Origin: a bacterium
Lineage (GTDB): Bacteria; Patescibacteriota; Saccharimonadia; UBA4664
Length of the DNA stretch: 64,000 nucleotides
Reading direction: 5' to 3'
NCBI GenBank assembly: GCA_016699105.1
Contig: CP064960.1
Location: 72,727-136,726 of the forward strand
Position 1 is the stretch's first letter, and every line of letters begins with the position of its first letter. A program made the translations under genes and the position numbers. Below the pieces are notes generated by a model, which saw only the letters and a program-made list of their open reading frames with translations, did not search any database and was not told the DNA's origin. Shown in pieces: positions 18,456 to 29,253 of the stretch.

Positions 18456-19673
18456 ATGGGCCAATTTAACTATAGTGCACACGACAAAAGCGGTGCCATC
18501 GTCAAAGGCACGGTGTTTGCGCCTGATCGAGCGGCAGCCACTGCCAATTTGACTGCCAAAAGCCTGACACCAGTGCTGATCAAAGAAGTGGCGGTGGGCG
18601 GCAAAGGCAGTGGTGGCATCCTGGGCAAATTCCTGGGACAGCACGTAAGCCTCCAAGATAAGGTAGTGTTTAGCCGCCAGTTTGCCACCATGATCAATGC
18701 TGGTGTGCCCATCGTGCAATCATTAACTATTCTGACCGAGCAGACTACGTCCAAAAAACTCAAACGAGTGACAGCGGATGTGTCCAAACAAGTTGAGGGT
18801 GGTGCCACCCTGGCCAACGCTTTGGCTGCTCATCCCGATGTCTTCAACGAGATATACGTCAATATGGTGAAGGCTGGTGAGGTAGGCGGTATTTTGGATC
18901 AAGTGCTTGACCGTTTGGCTACGCAGCAAGAAAAAGACGCCGAAATTGTCAGCAAAGTGCGCAGCGCTATGATTTATCCGGGCGTCATTACGGTAGCGAC
19001 CGTGTCGGCGTTTATATTTTTGATGACCGTGATCGTGCCCAAATTGTCGAGTATTTTTGAGAACGCCGGCGCAGAACTACCAATTTATACCAAGATTATG
19101 CTCTCAATTTCGAGCTTTTTGGTGCATGGCTGGTGGATATTGCTCGTTGGATTGGTAGCGTTTGTGATTGGCTTCACCCGCTGGCGCGCTACTGAGAGTG
19201 GCCGGCGAACCGTTGATAAACTACTCCTCAAGATGCCGATTTTTGGTCAAATTTTGGTCAAAGTAAATGTTGCGCGCTTTGCCCGTACGTTTGGATCGCT
19301 GATGGCTTCGGGTATTTCGGTGTTAGATGCCATCAATGCCACCAAGTCGGCGCTCGGCAATACTGTCTATCAAGACGAATTGTCAGTGGTGGCTCAGTCA
19401 GTTAAGAACGGCCGCCCCATGAGTGAACACATTCGCGCCAGTAAGCATTTTCCAGCCATTGTCGGGCAAATGCTCAGTGTTGGTGAAGAAACGGGTCAAA
19501 TGGATTCAATCTTGCTGAAACTGGCCGAATTTTACGAAAAAGAAGTCGATACTGTGGTGGCGGGCATCAGTTCTATCATCGAACCTATATTAATCATGGT
19601 GCTGGGTGGAATGGTTGGTTTTATTGTCATCAGTGTGTTTGGGCCCATATCGAATATCGGTAGTTCTGTTTAA
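18456..19673 (+). CDS. pilC: Type IV pilus inner-membrane platform protein PilC (GspF family).
   Basis: 405 aa with two GspF repeats (NAGVPIVQSL...; MASGISVLDAI...) and 3 TM regions. Confidence 0.85.
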   Translation: MGQFNYSAHDKSGAIVKGTVFAPDRAAATANLTAKSLTPVLIKEVAVGGKGSGGILGKFLGQHVSLQDKVVFSRQFATMINAGVPIVQSLTILTEQTTSKKLKRVTADVSKQVEGGATLANALAAHPDVFNEIYVNMVKAGEVGGILDQVLDRLATQQEKDAEIVSKVRSAMIYPGVITVATVSAFIFLMTVIVPKLSSIFENAGAELPIYTKIMLSISSFLVHGWWILLVGLVAFVIGFTRWRATESGRRTVDKLLLKMPIFGQILVKVNVARFARTFGSLMASGISVLDAINATKSALGNTVYQDELSVVAQSVKNGRPMSEHIRASKHFPAIVGQMLSVGEETGQMDSILLKLAEFYEKEVDTVVAGISSIIEPILIMVLGGMVGFIVISVFGPISNIGSSV

Positions 19674-19860
19674 CGCATCAATCACTACAACCCAGGCCTC
19701 ACTTGCCTGCGAAACTCGCTTATTGCTCAAACATTCTCGGCTGCGTTCGGCCGGCTTTTCGTGATTGATTTTTTGTACACTAAACTAATCAACAGCTCAA
19801 ATGAATCATTATGGCGGCAAAGTGCTCGCTGAGTGCTAAGTGCAATGCAGGAATGTCCCA

Positions 19861-19890
19861 TTGACATATGAACCTTAAGCACTTTATGAT
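19861..19890 (+). promoter_or_regulatory. Candidate sigma70 promoter for the major pilin gene.
   Basis: ttgaca, 18-nt spacer, tatgat. It lies about 70 nt upstream of a strong RBS (ttaaggaggtg). Confidence 0.35.
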
Positions 19891-19958
19891 GCAAGGGAAG
19901 AATAGCATCAAATAAAAGCTGTTTTGTCCGCGAAAAATTTTTAAGGAGGTGAGCACTC

Positions 19959-20390
19959 ATGTCTGGTTTGTCAATTAAGAAGCAAGGTGGTTTCACACTG
20001 CTTGAGTTGCTGATCGTGATTGTGATCATTGGTATATTAGCCCTTTTGATCATCCCCAATATTACATCGGCTCCCAAGAAAGCCCGTGATACACAGCGTA
20101 AGACGGACATCACGACCGTCCGCAAAGGTCTGGAAGAATACTTCGTCAATAACAACGTGTACCCGGCCGCTTTGGCTGACCTCCAGAGTGGTTCAGCTCC
20201 GATTATGAAGACGGTGCCTGGTGACCCCAAGAACGTGGCTCCTTTCACCTACGTGTATACGCCAGCTAACTCGAACACGACGTACACTCTGACAGCTTGT
20301 CTAGAGAATGACCAGGACAACAGCGCCAACACCTTGGCCGCCGTCGCCCCTTGTACAACCCGTTCGTTCCAGGTAGTAAACGGAAACTAG
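19959..20390 (+). CDS. pilA: Type IV major pilin (PilA-like).
   Basis: Class III signal MSGLSIKKQG|GFTLLELLIVIVIIGILA with Glu at +5. 143 aa. Strong RBS. A terminator hairpin lies immediately downstream. Confidence 0.85.
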   Translation: MSGLSIKKQGGFTLLELLIVIVIIGILALLIIPNITSAPKKARDTQRKTDITTVRKGLEEYFVNNNVYPAALADLQSGSAPIMKTVPGDPKNVAPFTYVYTPANSNTTYTLTACLENDQDNSANTLAAVAPCTTRSFQVVNGN

Positions 20391-20413
20391 TTCATAAAAA
20401 ATCAATAGTTCCA

Positions 20414-20453
20414 CGAAACCAGCCCGGCTCACGCCGGGCTGGTTTCGTTATTG
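20414..20453 (+). terminator. Rho-independent terminator after pilA.
   Basis: cgaaaccagcccggc-tcac-gccgggctggtttcg is a perfect 15-bp stem, followed by ttattg. Confidence 0.6.
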
Positions 20454-20479
20454 TAAGCATTAGCGATATAATAGATGGC

Positions 20480-21853
20480 ATGAATCAAGCCACTCGTGAG
20501 CAGGGCTTCACCCTCGTTGAATTGGTGTTTGGCGTAACTATCATGGCCATCATGGTAGCGGCGATAGGTGGTTTGTTTTTGGATAACCTCCAAACCGTGA
20601 CACTGGGCAAAGCCCGGGCGATTGGTTTGTCGCTGGCGACTGAGAAAATGGAGCATTTGCGTGACCTACCCTACGATAGTCTGGCTACCCAAAACGGTAC
20701 TATTTACCCTCCAGGGACGATTGCCGACAACGAAACGGTCGTCCGCGGTAGTTACACCTTCACGGTTCACACCGACATTAGCTATGTCGATGATCCCTAT
20801 GACGGTTATATTTCGTGCCCCTGTGCGAGTGGGCCAGCTGCTGGCAAACCCAAAGACTTATACCCTTATGATTACAAGAAGGCCCAAATAGCAGTAAAAC
20901 TGACCAACCGGAATGTGGAAGTGGCCAAATTGACGACCGATATAGCTGGTAAAGCCGCTGAAACGTCGAGCAATACCGGCATCTTGAGCATTACGGTCGT
21001 CAATGCTGCTGGCCAACCGATCCCCAACGCTACTGTCACAATCGTTAATACCAACCCCAACCCCGACGTCAATATCACGACCACAACCGACAATAACGGA
21101 TTGGTAGTAGTACCGAAATTGCCACCGGACTCAAACCGGCGCTATGTGGTGACGGCGAGTTTTCCCGGCTATTCTAGCGAGGGCACGATTGCCGATCCGC
21201 CAGGTGCGCAGACAGCGGTCAAACTCAACCCCAACGTACTGGCTCAACAGATTACAGGCGTCAATTTCGCCATAGACCAATTGTCGACATTGTATGTGCA
21301 TGTGACCGATACAAGCGGCAACCCAATTCCGTCGCTCAATGTCACTACGATTAGTGCCAAAAAGACGATGACGACACCGGATGTCTTCAAGTACAATCAA
21401 TCGGCCACAACCAATGCAACTGGCGATATAGCACTAAGCAACATGGAATGGGACAGTTATCGTTTCACGGTGCCGGGCGGAAATTATATCGTGTCAGCAA
21501 GTCCCTATGCGCCGGTAGCCTTAGATCCCAATTCGTCAAAGACTGTCAATTTGGTGGTGTCTCCTAGTAGCAGCTGGCCGCGGATTACGACCGTCGATCC
21601 CCTCACTATTACTACCGGATCGACGTTTACTGGCTTTGATGTGACGGGCGTTAGCTTTGCATCGGGTATGTCGTTGACGCTTAAAAAAACCGGCCAATCT
21701 GACATCAGTGGCACGAGCTGTACGGTAACCGGAAGCACTCTCCTAACGTGTAACCTCAACCTGACCGGTGCAGCGGTGGGTGCCTGGGACGTAGTAGTTA
21801 CCAAGAGTGGCAACAGTACAACGCAAGTGGGAGGGCTTGATGTCACGCCATAA
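20480..21853 (+). CDS. Large (458 aa) pilin-like protein: a type IV pilin N-terminus fused to repeated Ig-like/carboxypeptidase-regulatory-like beta domains.
   Basis: MNQATREQG|FTLVELVFGVTIMAIMVAAIGGLF has the prepilin cleavage site and Glu+5. The C-terminal 380 aa is Thr/Val/Asn-rich with motifs like SITVVNAAGQPIPNATVTIVNTN. Confidence 0.65.
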   Translation: MNQATREQGFTLVELVFGVTIMAIMVAAIGGLFLDNLQTVTLGKARAIGLSLATEKMEHLRDLPYDSLATQNGTIYPPGTIADNETVVRGSYTFTVHTDISYVDDPYDGYISCPCASGPAAGKPKDLYPYDYKKAQIAVKLTNRNVEVAKLTTDIAGKAAETSSNTGILSITVVNAAGQPIPNATVTIVNTNPNPDVNITTTTDNNGLVVVPKLPPDSNRRYVVTASFPGYSSEGTIADPPGAQTAVKLNPNVLAQQITGVNFAIDQLSTLYVHVTDTSGNPIPSLNVTTISAKKTMTTPDVFKYNQSATTNATGDIALSNMEWDSYRFTVPGGNYIVSASPYAPVALDPNSSKTVNLVVSPSSSWPRITTVDPLTITTGSTFTGFDVTGVSFASGMSLTLKKTGQSDISGTSCTVTGSTLLTCNLNLTGAAVGAWDVVVTKSGNSTTQVGGLDVTP

Positions 21854-22424
21854 CCAGCGCGGTTATTCACTCCTAGAGTTAATCATTGTGATAAGCCTGA
21901 TGTCAGTGGTGGCTATTCCGCTTATCATGTTTACCTCACGCGGTATTGCATCGTATGAGTTTATGCAATTGCAGTCTGATACCTCAACTGACTTGAGCAT
22001 ATTGTCGCAACGCATGGGTAAAGTGATTCGGGGCACCACCAACGTCATTGATGCCCAAAACAATTCGTTGACAATCTACGGTTATTTTTCTCCTCAAGAT
22101 ACGATCGTCAAGAAAATTCGCTATTTTATCAACGGAACCCATTTGAATATCGGTGTGACGCCGCCGACTGGTACGGCGCCCAACTACACATATAACGTAG
22201 CTGATGAAGTAGTCACCACAACCAGGGTCGACTTGGCCATGGGAGGCCAATCGATGTTCACTTATTACGACGATACCGGCACCATCTTGCCAAACGGATT
22301 TGCGGTCAGTCAGATTAAGGCTATTGGCTTGTACGTTGCCGCCAACCCTGATACCACTCGATTATCGGTGCCAATTTCGCTGACGACCCGGGTAACACTG
22401 CGCAATTTTAAAACGAATTTGTGA
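21840..22424 (+). CDS. Minor (pseudo)pilin (PilV/PilW-like).
   Basis: MSRHNQRG|YSLLELIIVISLMSVVAIP has Glu+5. It overlaps the upstream stop. Confidence 0.6.
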   Translation: MSRHNQRGYSLLELIIVISLMSVVAIPLIMFTSRGIASYEFMQLQSDTSTDLSILSQRMGKVIRGTTNVIDAQNNSLTIYGYFSPQDTIVKKIRYFINGTHLNIGVTPPTGTAPNYTYNVADEVVTTTRVDLAMGGQSMFTYYDDTGTILPNGFAVSQIKAIGLYVAANPDTTRLSVPISLTTRVTLRNFKTNL

Positions 22425-23782
22425 GCAAAAGAATCATGAGTAAACATCCAGCCAGCCAATCACATCAAGAACAGGGTTTTATTATGCTCACAGCCCTGAT
22501 GATGGCGTTTGTATTGTCATCACTCGGCATGATAGCAGCCCAGCTGCTTATTTCAAATGCGCGCTTTACCCAATACGAGACCCGAAGCGCCCGAGCGATG
22601 CAGGTCGCAGAAGCAGGGATCAACTACTATCTGTGGCACCTGTCACATAATTCAGCCGACTATAAGGATGGCGGGACAACTCCTGCCAACCCACCGTATG
22701 GGCCGTATACGCATAATTATTACGACAATGATGGCAATTTACTGGGGACATACACCTTGAATATCACTCCTCCTGCTAGTGGATCGACTATCACAACTAT
22801 TGAATCAATTGGGCAGGTGCCTCATTTTTCGGGGACGCGGACAATATTGGCTCAGATCGGGCAGCCATCATTTGCCAACTATATTTTCTTGTCAGACGTT
22901 GAATTGCGATTTTCGCCGACGTCGACTACAACCGGACCGGTACATTCCAATGTTGGTATCGAGTTCAACGGTACCAATAACGGTTCGGTGACAGCCGCCA
23001 ATACGACGTATACCAATGGTAGTGGTAACCATAATGGTGTCTGGGGCACAGGTGGACCGACCAGCCAATGGCAGTACCCGGTACCTTCAGTGGACTTCAC
23101 CGAAGTGACAGCCGATTTGAGTAGCCTATCGACAATGGCACAGTCTAACGGTATTTACTTGAATAATTCTGGTGGTATCGGTTATTACTTTGTACTTAAA
23201 TCAAATGGCACAATTGATGTCTACCGAGTTAACTCTGAGGGTTCATCAGGTATCAATACCACATTCATTCAAAACCGGGCGGCACCCGCGAATGGCATAC
23301 TTTTCTCGACTCAAAATGTCTGGATTAGCGGCACGAGCTGGCCAGGGCGCATCACGGTAGTTGCCGCCCGATTACCAGATAATTCTTCGTCACGTCGCAG
23401 CATTAAAATAACAAATAACTTAACATATGCTGCCAAAGATGGTAGCGCGGCTATCGGCTTGATTGCTCAAAACGATGTTTTTGTACCCCGCTATGTACCC
23501 AACACCATGGAAGTCAACGCGGCCCTTTTATCACAGTACGGTAGTGTGGGTTATGACACCACTAACGGCGGCCTCAAAACCAGCTTTACCCTCTACGGTG
23601 CCGTCGCCCAAAACTTAAACGATTACGGCTTCAAAACGACAGGTTGCGGAAGTTATTGTAATGGTTTTCCGACGACGAATTACAATTTCGATTCACATCT
23701 GATATTTGCCCCGCCACCCCAATATCCAACGACCGGAAATTACAGTGTGTTGAACTGGCGGGAGCAGCTTTTCAACCCTTAA
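22421..23782 (+). CDS. PilX-like minor pilin (PilX_N domain) with a large C-terminal domain.
   Basis: QG|FIMLTALMMAFVLSSLGMIAAQLLISNARF matches the PilX N-terminal consensus. 453 aa. Confidence 0.55.
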   Translation: MSKRIMSKHPASQSHQEQGFIMLTALMMAFVLSSLGMIAAQLLISNARFTQYETRSARAMQVAEAGINYYLWHLSHNSADYKDGGTTPANPPYGPYTHNYYDNDGNLLGTYTLNITPPASGSTITTIESIGQVPHFSGTRTILAQIGQPSFANYIFLSDVELRFSPTSTTTGPVHSNVGIEFNGTNNGSVTAANTTYTNGSGNHNGVWGTGGPTSQWQYPVPSVDFTEVTADLSSLSTMAQSNGIYLNNSGGIGYYFVLKSNGTIDVYRVNSEGSSGINTTFIQNRAAPANGILFSTQNVWISGTSWPGRITVVAARLPDNSSSRRSIKITNNLTYAAKDGSAAIGLIAQNDVFVPRYVPNTMEVNAALLSQYGSVGYDTTNGGLKTSFTLYGAVAQNLNDYGFKTTGCGSYCNGFPTTNYNFDSHLIFAPPPQYPTTGNYSVLNWREQLFNP

Positions 23783-23831
23783 GGGCGATAGATGATACAA
23801 TGATCATAATGGCTATGGTTAGGATTAAGTA

Positions 23832-24884
23832 ATGCGCGTACCACTGATTTATCGGGATCGGCCGACATTTGGCTTTGATTTGGGTACGCGTACGGCCAAG
23901 ATCATGCAGCTGAAAGCTGGTGGTAGCCATCACAAAATTCTGGGTTATGGCTATGCTGACTTTGATGAAGACGCCATTACTGAAGGAATTATTGTTGATC
24001 CCAAGCTGATTGCCCATCAACTTCGGCCTTTGATTGACAAAATTCCGCATGGACGCTTGACGGCTTCGCGGGTGGCGACAGCGCTGCCAGTAGCCAAGCT
24101 GTTCACTCGCGTGATCCAATTACCGAATATGAAGCCGGAGGATTTAGGGGCGGCAGTGCGTCTGGAAGCCGAACAATATATTCCCGTCCCGTTGGCAGAC
24201 TTGTATATTGATCACGAGATCGTTGAAGCTGGTCCTGAGCAGAGCGAGGTTTTGATGGTAGCAGCTCCACGTGCAGTTGTTGACAGCTATATGAAGCTTT
24301 TTGATATTCTTAAGCTTGAAGTCAGATTGATAGAATCGAGCTTGGCTGCCGCTACTCGGGCGGTGGTTGCTACTGCCCATATGGATAAACCGACCTTAGT
24401 GGCCGATATTGGCTCAGGCTCGATAGACCTGACCGTGTACGACAAGGTGCTTCGGCTGACCGACACCGTCGCTATGGGCGGTGATACGTTGACCATGCAA
24501 CTGGTGAAGGATTTGGCAGTGACACGAGAACAAGCCAATGAAATTAAATTCAAATTTGGAGTTGGACCATCTGGATTGCAGCCCAAGATTGTTGCCAGCC
24601 TTGGTGTGCCGCTCAAGAAGATGTGTGACGAGATGAAACGGGTTATAAAATTTTATCAAGACCGAGGCGCAGGCAAGCGCAAGATAGAACTTATTATTGT
24701 GTCCGGAGGCAGCGCCAGTATGCCAGGGTTCGTGGAATATATGGCCTCACAAATGAATGTACCGTTGGTCGTAGCTGATCCTTGGAAGGATCTGGAGTTT
24801 GGTCGGCTGCCGGGCATATCTGAAGCCGATGCGCCTATGTATACCACTGCCATCGGTTTGGCTCGTTGGGAGACGCATCGATGA
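23832..24884 (+). CDS. pilM: Type IV pilus assembly protein PilM (actin-like ATPase fold).
   Basis: FGFDLGTRTAKIMQL...GYGYADF...IDIGSGSIDLTV has the PilM/FtsA-like sugar-kinase fold motifs. 350 aa. Confidence 0.8.
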   Translation: MRVPLIYRDRPTFGFDLGTRTAKIMQLKAGGSHHKILGYGYADFDEDAITEGIIVDPKLIAHQLRPLIDKIPHGRLTASRVATALPVAKLFTRVIQLPNMKPEDLGAAVRLEAEQYIPVPLADLYIDHEIVEAGPEQSEVLMVAAPRAVVDSYMKLFDILKLEVRLIESSLAAATRAVVATAHMDKPTLVADIGSGSIDLTVYDKVLRLTDTVAMGGDTLTMQLVKDLAVTREQANEIKFKFGVGPSGLQPKIVASLGVPLKKMCDEMKRVIKFYQDRGAGKRKIELIIVSGGSASMPGFVEYMASQMNVPLVVADPWKDLEFGRLPGISEADAPMYTTAIGLARWETHR

Positions 24885-25426
24885 TTAATTTGATGCCACC
24901 AGACGTCAAGCAGCAGATTTATTATGCCCGCATGAACCGGATGGTATTGCGTTATATCAAGCTTAGCGTCGTCGTGGTATTGGCACTGGCTGGAGTCTTT
25001 GGCTGGGCATTGCGCGATCTCAGCCAAACGGCTGCGCGCGTCGACCAAGAAGCAACCGATAAGCAAGCTACCATCACTTCACTCAATAAATCATTTACCC
25101 CCAAAGCCAAAGAGGCCAGCGACCGACTGGCAGCGGTTGCTTATGTCTACAACAGCCAAACCCGATTCTCGGCAGTCATCGAAGACCTGGCCAAAGTCGT
25201 GCCTCAAGGCGTAGCCATTGACACCATGACACTGACCGGTGACGATAAGCAGCCAGTGCGTATCGGTTTTTCAGCTACCACTTATCAAGCAGCATTGGCA
25301 TTTCGGGACGCATTGATGACATCGCCACGGGTAGCGGCAGCCGACCTTGAAAACATTACCAGTACGACATCGGGCGCCTATACAGCCGCAATTATTGTTG
25401 GCTTCAATAAGGGGCAAGCCAAATAA
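24881..25426 (+). CDS. pilN: Type IV pilus assembly protein PilN.
   Basis: MINLMPPDVKQQ, a single TM, and a periplasmic coiled-coil. There is an ATGA overlap with pilM. Confidence 0.7.
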   Translation: MINLMPPDVKQQIYYARMNRMVLRYIKLSVVVVLALAGVFGWALRDLSQTAARVDQEATDKQATITSLNKSFTPKAKEASDRLAAVAYVYNSQTRFSAVIEDLAKVVPQGVAIDTMTLTGDDKQPVRIGFSATTYQAALAFRDALMTSPRVAAADLENITSTTSGAYTAAIIVGFNKGQAK

Positions 25427-25980
25427 TGGATCCAAAGCGCTTCTTTTATGTCTTGCTAATTCTACTAGCAGTAGTAGTAACGGCAGGTGGTGGTGGCTAT
25501 TATCTGGCTCTCAAACAGTTGAATGCCCAAAAACAAACCGTGGCAGACAAAATGCTCGCAGCCGAACAGGCGTCGCAAGAGATCGATAGCCTAGCGAGCC
25601 TCAAGCGGCAATTCGACAAAGACGTGGCTCCCAATTTGGCGCTTATCGACAGTGCATTGCCCAAGGACAAAAAACAAACTGAAATTCTGGCGCAATTGCA
25701 AAACATCGCCGGGGCTTCCGGACTGACAATTTCAACCATTAGTATGCCCAGTCCCATCGGTGTACCGACAAGCACATCTCAAACCATCAAAAGTGGCCAG
25801 GTGCTGGCATTGCCGATCAGTTTTCAGCTTTCTGGCACCTACGATCAGCTGCAAACGTTTCTCAAAAAAGTCGAGCGTTTGAATCGTTTTACCAACGTGA
25901 CGAACCTGGGGATTAGCCGACCCGACAAGACAAAACCAATCGTCTATACTATTAGTTTAAATGCCTATATAAAGCCATGA
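25426..25980 (+). CDS. pilO: Type IV pilus assembly protein PilO.
   Basis: N-terminal TM, coiled-coil, and a PilO-like C-terminus (LQTFLKKVERLNRFTNVTNLGI). Confidence 0.65.
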   Translation: MDPKRFFYVLLILLAVVVTAGGGGYYLALKQLNAQKQTVADKMLAAEQASQEIDSLASLKRQFDKDVAPNLALIDSALPKDKKQTEILAQLQNIAGASGLTISTISMPSPIGVPTSTSQTIKSGQVLALPISFQLSGTYDQLQTFLKKVERLNRFTNVTNLGISRPDKTKPIVYTISLNAYIKP

Positions 25981-26264
25981 ATATGAATCTCAAACTCAAT
26001 CTGAATGTCAAAGATCTCCTCAATGGGTTGCGGCGCGCGCAAGCCTATATGTTTGGAGCGGTCTTAGTGGGTGTATTTGCTTACACCGCTTATGTTGTCA
26101 ACGGGGCGCTCAACGTCATGCCGTCTGCTTCAGTCGCCGATGACAGTAGTACGTCGAGCAAAATTACGTTCGATAAGAAAACAATCGAGGCGCTCAAAAC
26201 TTTGGATAGTGTCAGTGGCAGCGTACCAACAGGTACATTGGGTTCAGACGATCCGTTTCGCTAG
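25977..26264 (+). CDS. Small membrane protein, the last gene of the pilus operon (PilP-like position).
   Basis: 95 aa with one TM (AYMFGAVLVGVFAYTAYVV). It overlaps the pilO stop. Confidence 0.4.
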   Translation: MNMNLKLNLNVKDLLNGLRRAQAYMFGAVLVGVFAYTAYVVNGALNVMPSASVADDSSTSSKITFDKKTIEALKTLDSVSGSVPTGTLGSDDPFR

Positions 26265-26445
26265 GGTTTACGGTGCCGCCAGCTCCCTGGCCGGCGATGA
26301 GATTCAGCGCCCCAAGCTTGCTCTTCGAGTTGGACTAACAATTGATGTAATTTACGACCAATTTGATCGACTTGGTTGAGTTTGGTGGACAGTGGTGTTT
26401 GCGGTATTTTGACTGCCGACTGCCGGAGAGATTGGCTATTGTGGT

Positions 26446-28210
26446 TCATTGATGCTGCCGCGCTAAATCTTGGCAACCAGCGTCGGGCGTGCTAGCTACG
26501 GCAGCCGTGATATCGATAAACCGGTACGGTGACGTATTGTTGGAGATGAAACTACAATTTGGTAAGTAGGGCAGCCCGGCATCAAAGTATTGGTTAAATA
26601 TGATGCGGAAGGTGTTTACTGGCGTCAAGAATTGCGCTTTGGTTTCATCGGTGGCGTCGGGTAGGAAAGCAGCCTGGAGAATGTCAGTTTTGTGACGGAC
26701 GACGGCCGGATCAGCCTGTTCCCACGAGAAATTTCCGCCAGCTTCGGGAGCAATCTCGGCGAATTGACGGGGTATGGTCCTTCGTCGGCAGCCAATACAA
26801 TGACTGGCGGGACCACACTGGCTTGTTTGATTTTGTCGACCATTTCCAAGATGCGACCGTTGAGATATTGAAGTTGGTTGAGATATTTTTGCTCACGGGG
26901 AATACCATAATCATTGGCCTCATCATTGTATGAAACGGTGCTGCCATCGGGCATAAAGACATAGGTGGATGAGGCGAAATGAAATGAGTAAATACAAATT
27001 TTGGACCGACAGATTGATCGGTGGCGACCTGTAGTAATGCATCTACTTGGTGATTAAACGTATCGGCGGGGCTGCGAGTGGGCAACATCTGGCCGACGGT
27101 ATACGGTCAAGGTGTCGTCCACCAGCGAGCAGTGACGAATAGAAAGTTTGACCGAGGACGGCTTGTTGATAATCGGTTAAGTCGATATGTTGGCCGAGCA
27201 ATGCAAATTGAAATTGATCTTGAGGAGATTGACTGCTTGATCCATCGTACGTGAGACGCCAAACCACGAGCTCACATTGTAATTGGCATAACCGGCGGCT
27301 CGAAACGTAGCAGCTACTTGATTATCGGCGAAATATTTCCGGTACGGTAATTGGCTATACGACGACTCGGATCCAAGCTTTTGGGAAACGTCAGTCAGAT
27401 ACGTCATATTGAGCGTGGAAGCCAATGAAATGGCCGTAAAGGGGTAGTTGGCGTAGGCTTCGGGTTTTAATGTGAACCCACGATCGGCTAAGCTCTGATA
27501 GAATCCGGCGTTGTCATAGCCAAAATCTTGTTGGAGGACAGCCTGGCTCGCATAGCGGTCGAGCACACGATATAATACACATCTCGGGCAACAGCTGGTT
27601 GTTGGAGATTAATTACAGGTTCGACCGGCGGTTCATACGCCAAAATATGGGCTTGGCGACTGAAGAATGTCATCAGGCCAATAGCTTGAAAGGCTATCGT
27701 GACCAAGACAAATGATATTAGTACTGTTTTGGCAAAGTGCCCTCGTTGAGGCCAGCGCTGGTTGAGGCGCACAATAGTCCAGCCAATACCAAAGCTGCCT
27801 CCGAGTAGAATAGCGAGGGTAACTAACGTGGTTTTACCCGGTGCAAAGGCCAAAAAAACATTCGCGCTCGAATATTTAACGCGATCAGGATATTGAGTAA
27901 GCAGTAAATAGCTGGCGCTAATACCGGCAGTTAACCGGGCAACCGGCAATGGTACGAGGAAGTGGAATAATAGACTCAATCCAGTGGCGGCGGCGGCACA
28001 CAAACCCACAGTGAGCCACAGTTCACTCGGATAATTGTACGCATGCGTCTGCTTGGTAAATGCCATAATGGGCAATGAAATGGCAAATACTATTGTTAGT
28101 GGCCATTCGAACCGCCACCAGCTAGTATGCGGCCGCAACCACCGTATGACGGACTTCCAGATAGAAATGTAGGTATACCTCGGCATAGAAGAGATTGTAG
28201 CGTGAAGCAT
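26446..28210 (-). pseudogene. LTA-synthase/sulfatase-family (alkaline phosphatase superfamily) membrane protein, broken into at least 5 ORF fragments.
   Basis: The N-terminal 5-TM domain is ORF 27488..28210. The sulfatase core is spread over ORFs 27177..27566, 26711..27088 (FTHFISPHPP motif), 26625..26954 and 26446..26628. There are at least 4 frame changes in 1.8 kb, far denser than elsewhere in the window. Confidence 0.5.
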
Positions 28211-28234
28211 TCTCAGATAAAAGGTTTAAACCAC

Positions 28235-29253
28235 TTAGGAGCTGGGAACGGGGCGGCCTAAATGCTGGTAAGCTTTGGCGGTTACCCTGCGACCGCGGGG
28301 AGTGCGTTCGAGCAGTCCGATCTGCATGAGGTATGGTTCATAGACATCTTCGATGGTGGTGGTCTCTTCAGAACATAGGGCACCCAGCGTCCATAATCCG
28401 ACTGGACCACCAGCATAATGACTAATGATAGCTTCTAACAATGACCGATCAGCGGCATCGAGACCAAGATCGTCAATTTCAAGGAGGTGCAAAGCGTCAC
28501 GGGCGGTGCGGCGGGTAATAGTGTCCACGTGTTGAACCTGGGCAAAATCTCTGACCCGTTTGAGGAGCCGGTTGGCGATGCGGGGTGTCAATCGGGAACG
28601 AGTGCTGATTTCGGCTGCCGCTTCAGCATCAATAGCAATACCAAGATGCCCGCCGCGCGCGCAATGATCTGTTGCATTTCATCAGGTGAGTAATATTCTA
28701 GCCGGTGGACGTGGCCAAAGCGATCGCGCAGCGGTGCCGACAGTGCGCCGGCTCTGGTCGTCGCGCCAATGATTGTAAAACGAGGCAAATCGAGCCGGAT
28801 TGATTTGGCAGAGGGACCTTTGCCGATCATGATGTCTAGACCAAAGTCCTCCATCGCCGGATACATAATCTCTTCGACTGTTTTGGGTAGCCGATGGATT
28901 TCATCGATAAACAAAACATCACCGGGGGCTAAGTTGGTGAGGAGACTCGCCAAATCGCCGGCTCGTTCGATAGCCGGACCGCTAGTTAATCTGAAGGCGG
29001 AACCCATTTCGGAAGCAATAATGCCGGCCATGGTGGTTTTGCCCAGTCCGGGTGGCCCATAGAGCAAGATATGGTCGACGGGCTCGTCACGGTGCCGGGC
29101 CGCTGCAATTGCCAGCTGCAAATTTTTTTTCAGTAAAGGTTGGCCGACATAGGCATCAAAACTGGTCGGACGGAGATTGGCGAAGGTGCGCTCTTCGGCC
29201 AACGCTTCGGGTGAATCGGGGTTGGCAACTGGTGCCACGATGCGTTCTATCAT
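28235..29253 (-). CDS. ruvB: Holliday junction branch-migration ATPase RuvB, with one frameshift near 28600 (gggcc run).
   Basis: [19 protein letters not shown] (Walker A), FIDEIHRL (Walker B), and the C-terminal [17 protein letters not shown]. The two ORFs (221 aa + 118 aa) sum to the normal length. Confidence 0.85.
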
